Source: Chloroflexota bacterium (lineage in GTDB: Bacteria; Chloroflexota; Limnocylindria; Limnocylindrales; CSP1-4). From it: a DNA stretch of 55,070 nucleotides. The stretch covers positions 1 to 55,070 of the forward strand of contig DAOTUX010000275.1 in assembly GCA_034436475.1 (NCBI GenBank), in the 5' to 3' direction. Numbering within the stretch: the stretch's first letter is position 1; every line of letters begins with the position of its first letter. Made by a program: the position numbers and the translations under genes. Under the pieces are notes generated by a model. That model did no database searches. It saw nothing but the letters and a program-made list of their open reading frames with translations, and had not been told where the DNA came from. This document shows, in pieces, positions 53,080 through 55,070 of this stretch.

Positions 53080-54185
53080 GACGCTGGCGATGCCCCGGGT
53101 GTCGGCAGCAGCTCCGTGGTCACGATCTGGTCCGCGGTCACGGGCTCGCCGACGGGGCTGCCAGGCATGTCCGTCATGAACGCGATGGACGCGGTCCAGT
53201 CGGCCGGGTCGATGGCACCCAGGCCGTGCGCGTCGGTGACGTCGCTGTGCCAGGCGTTGATGGTCGCCTCGAGGATGGCCCGCTGGAGGTCGGGGTCGGC
53301 GGCCAGGTCGGGGACCACCTGGAAGGTCGCGTCCAGGCCCAGCTGCGGGTCCGCGCTGATCGCCTCCATGGCCGCGAGCGTGGCGCCCACGAACGCGGCG
53401 AGGTCGTCGTGGCGCGCCGCCAGCGTCGACTCGCCCGTGACCAGCCCATTGCCCGGCAGGGGGACGATGTCATCGACCGTCAGGACGTTCGGGGTGATCC
53501 CCTGTCGCGCGACCGCGATGGGCTCGTTGTTGAGGAACCCGGTGATGGCGTCGACCTGCCCCTGGACCAGGCCAGTGGCCTGGCCGAAGTCGGGATAGAG
53601 GGTGATGTCCAGGTCCTCGGGCGTGAGGCCCGCCGACGACAGGATGGCGAGCAGGGTGATCCAGCCGCTGCCGAAGCGACCGGGCGTGCCCAGGCGCTTG
53701 CCGGCGAGGTCTGACGGGGCGGTGATGCCCGCCGCCGCGTTGGCCACCACCACCGAGGGGAACCGGGCGTAGACGCTGGCCACGTAGCGGATGGGGATGC
53801 CCTGGCTGCGCGCGGCGATGACACTCGTGCCATCTGCCAGGCCGATGTCCACGGCGCCCTGCCCGATGAGCGAGATGAGATCGGGGTCGATCTGGTTGAG
53901 GAGCGTCACGTCGAGGCCCGCGTCGGCGTACATGCCGGACGTCTGGGCGAGATAGAAGGGCGCGAACTGGACGCTGGGGATGTAGCCCAGTCCCGCCGTG
54001 AAGGGACGCAGCTGGGCTGGCGGCGCGCCATCGGGCGAGGCATCCGGGGCGAGCGAGGGACCCGGCGCGGGACCCTGCGAGGCGTCCTGCGCGAGCGCGG
54101 CGCCGGGCAGCACGAGCGCCCCAAGGGCGAGCGCGGCGAGGACGGTGCGGGCCCAGCGCGGGGGCCGGGGCAGCGACTGGGACAA
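53076..54185 (-). CDS. NMT1/THI5-like (sulfonate/nitrate/taurine-type) ABC transporter substrate-binding protein
   Basis: Signal VLAALALGALVLPGAALAQ. GYIPSVQFAPFYLAQTSGMYADAGLDVTL is typical of the family. Confidence 0.8.
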   Translation of the reverse strand: MSQSLPRPPRWARTVLAALALGALVLPGAALAQDASQGPAPGPSLAPDASPDGAPPAQLRPFTAGLGYIPSVQFAPFYLAQTSGMYADAGLDVTLLNQIDPDLISLIGQGAVDIGLADGTSVIAARSQGIPIRYVASVYARFPSVVVANAAAGITAPSDLAGKRLGTPGRFGSGWITLLAILSSAGLTPEDLDITLYPDFGQATGLVQGQVDAITGFLNNEPIAVARQGITPNVLTVDDIVPLPGNGLVTGESTLAARHDDLAAFVGATLAAMEAISADPQLGLDATFQVVPDLAADPDLQRAILEATINAWHSDVTDAHGLGAIDPADWTASIAFMTDMPGSPVGEPVTADQIVTTELLPTPGASPAS

Positions 54186-54215
54186 CGGAGCTACCTCCCG
54201 ATACGAACCGATGGG

Positions 54216-54989
54216 CTAGACAGCGGCCGTCGGGACGCCGGTCAACCGACGCTCCAGGACCACCACGATCAGGTACAGGACGACACCCAGCAGCGCGATG
54301 GTGAGCAGTGTCGCGAACAGCAGCGGCGTGTCAAACAGGCTTCCCTTGGCCAGGTTGAGCAGGACGCCCAGCCCACGGTCGCCCCCCACCCACTCTGCCA
54401 CGATGGCGCCCACGACCGAGAGGGTCACCGCGACCTTGAGACCGCCCAGGATCTGGGGCAGCGCCGCCGGGACCTCCACGGTCCTCACAAGCTGGGCACG
54501 CGTCGCTCGCAGGCTGCGAGCCATCTCCACCAAGCGTCCGTCCACGGAGCGCAGGCCCACGCTGGTGGCCACGGTCATGGGGAAGCAGCAGATGAGGGCG
54601 CAGATGAGGACCTTGCTCGTCAGCCCGTTCCCGAACCAGATGACGATGATCGGGGCAAGGGCCAGGATCGGGGTGGCCTGCGCGGCGACGATGTAGGGCG
54701 ACAGGAGACGGTCGGCCAGGGGCGAGCGCGCGAGCATGAAGCCAAGGACCAGCCCGACGGACACGCCCAGGGCGAGGCCGAGCAGGATCTCCGAGAGCGT
54801 GGTGACGACATGGGGCGTGAAGGTGCCCTCCGTGGCAGCCTCGAGCCAGCGCTCCGCCACCAGGCCGGGGCCGGGCAGCACGAACCGCTGGTAGCCGCCC
54901 ACCCAGACCACCAGCTGCCACAGGGCCACGAACGCAGCACCCACGGCCGCGATGGCGAGCACGTCATGGACCCGGCGTCCGGCTCGCAT
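54216..54989 (-). CDS. Sulfonate/nitrate/taurine-type ABC transporter permease
   Basis: TM-rich, with the EAA-type loop EMARSLRATRAQLVRTVEVPAALPQILGGLKVAV. Confidence 0.85.
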   Translation of the reverse strand: MRAGRRVHDVLAIAAVGAAFVALWQLVVWVGGYQRFVLPGPGLVAERWLEAATEGTFTPHVVTTLSEILLGLALGVSVGLVLGFMLARSPLADRLLSPYIVAAQATPILALAPIIVIWFGNGLTSKVLICALICCFPMTVATSVGLRSVDGRLVEMARSLRATRAQLVRTVEVPAALPQILGGLKVAVTLSVVGAIVAEWVGGDRGLGVLLNLAKGSLFDTPLLFATLLTIALLGVVLYLIVVVLERRLTGVPTAAV

Positions 54990-55070
54990 CGCGTCAGGCC
55001 GCCGGCCGTGACATCGGACGGGAGGCCGGGCTCGTCATCTTTGGCATCCGACCCGCATCTGTGGGTGTCG

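Noticed and set aside
54994-55070. Possible 3' end of an upstream ABC ATPase gene on the minus strand
   Set aside because: Only about 25 codons are visible and the reading frame is ambiguous. No motif can be seen.
1-55070. Search by eye for tRNA/rRNA, CRISPR repeats, IS/transposase, integrase, phage or known defence-system genes
   Set aside because: None was recognised. All intergenic gaps are short (at most about 320 bp) and every long ORF in a supported frame has an ordinary metabolic, transport, protease or regulatory assignment.

Overview
Very GC-rich bacterial chromosomal DNA, Actinomycetota- or Chloroflexota-like by protein style. All six frames carry long ORFs, so I chose frames by recognisable protein families, Shine-Dalgarno (RBS) spacing and start/stop coupling.

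Contents, left to right:
- A partial MalT/LuxR-type ATPase regulator divergent from a GH15 glucoamylase.
- leuCD, a SnoaL-like protein and a truncated VapC remnant.
- A membrane protein, an ECF sigma factor, a putative anti-sigma and an RTX-repeat protein.
- ilvD.
- A DUF59 protein divergent from a glutaredoxin-like/redoxin fusion.
- MarR divergent from fabD-fabF, with no acpP between them.
- A BNR propeller protein.
- A small alpha/beta-barrel-like protein coupled to an MpaB/DUF2236 oxygenase.
- A secreted S1 protease divergent from a second KAS II.
- A minus-strand module: double zinc-ribbon PrsW-like membrane protein, S53 sedolisin, hotdog thioesterase.
- A SAM methyltransferase.
- A long minus-strand run: sugar ABC, SDR, Fe-ADH-like protein, receiver, M24 peptidase, hypothetical protein, GH18.
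- Divergent from that run: ROK regulator, a frameshifted class-III aminotransferase, Dpp-type peptide ABC transporter and two tandem M20 peptidases.
- korAB.
- A sulfonate-type ABC transporter coupled to a sulfatase.

I found no rRNA, tRNA, CRISPR array, IS element, integrase or recognisable defence genes.

Nothing here is a convincing new system. The best candidate is the translationally coupled pair of a PrsW-like protein that appears catalytically dead and an apparently active sedolisin (about 22.8-27.3 kb). Other points worth checking are an aminotransferase split by a 1-nt frameshift, a thioesterase whose catalytic N-terminus needs a CTG start, a perfect 23-bp tandem duplication, and a conspicuous AT-rich palindrome at 13.38 kb.
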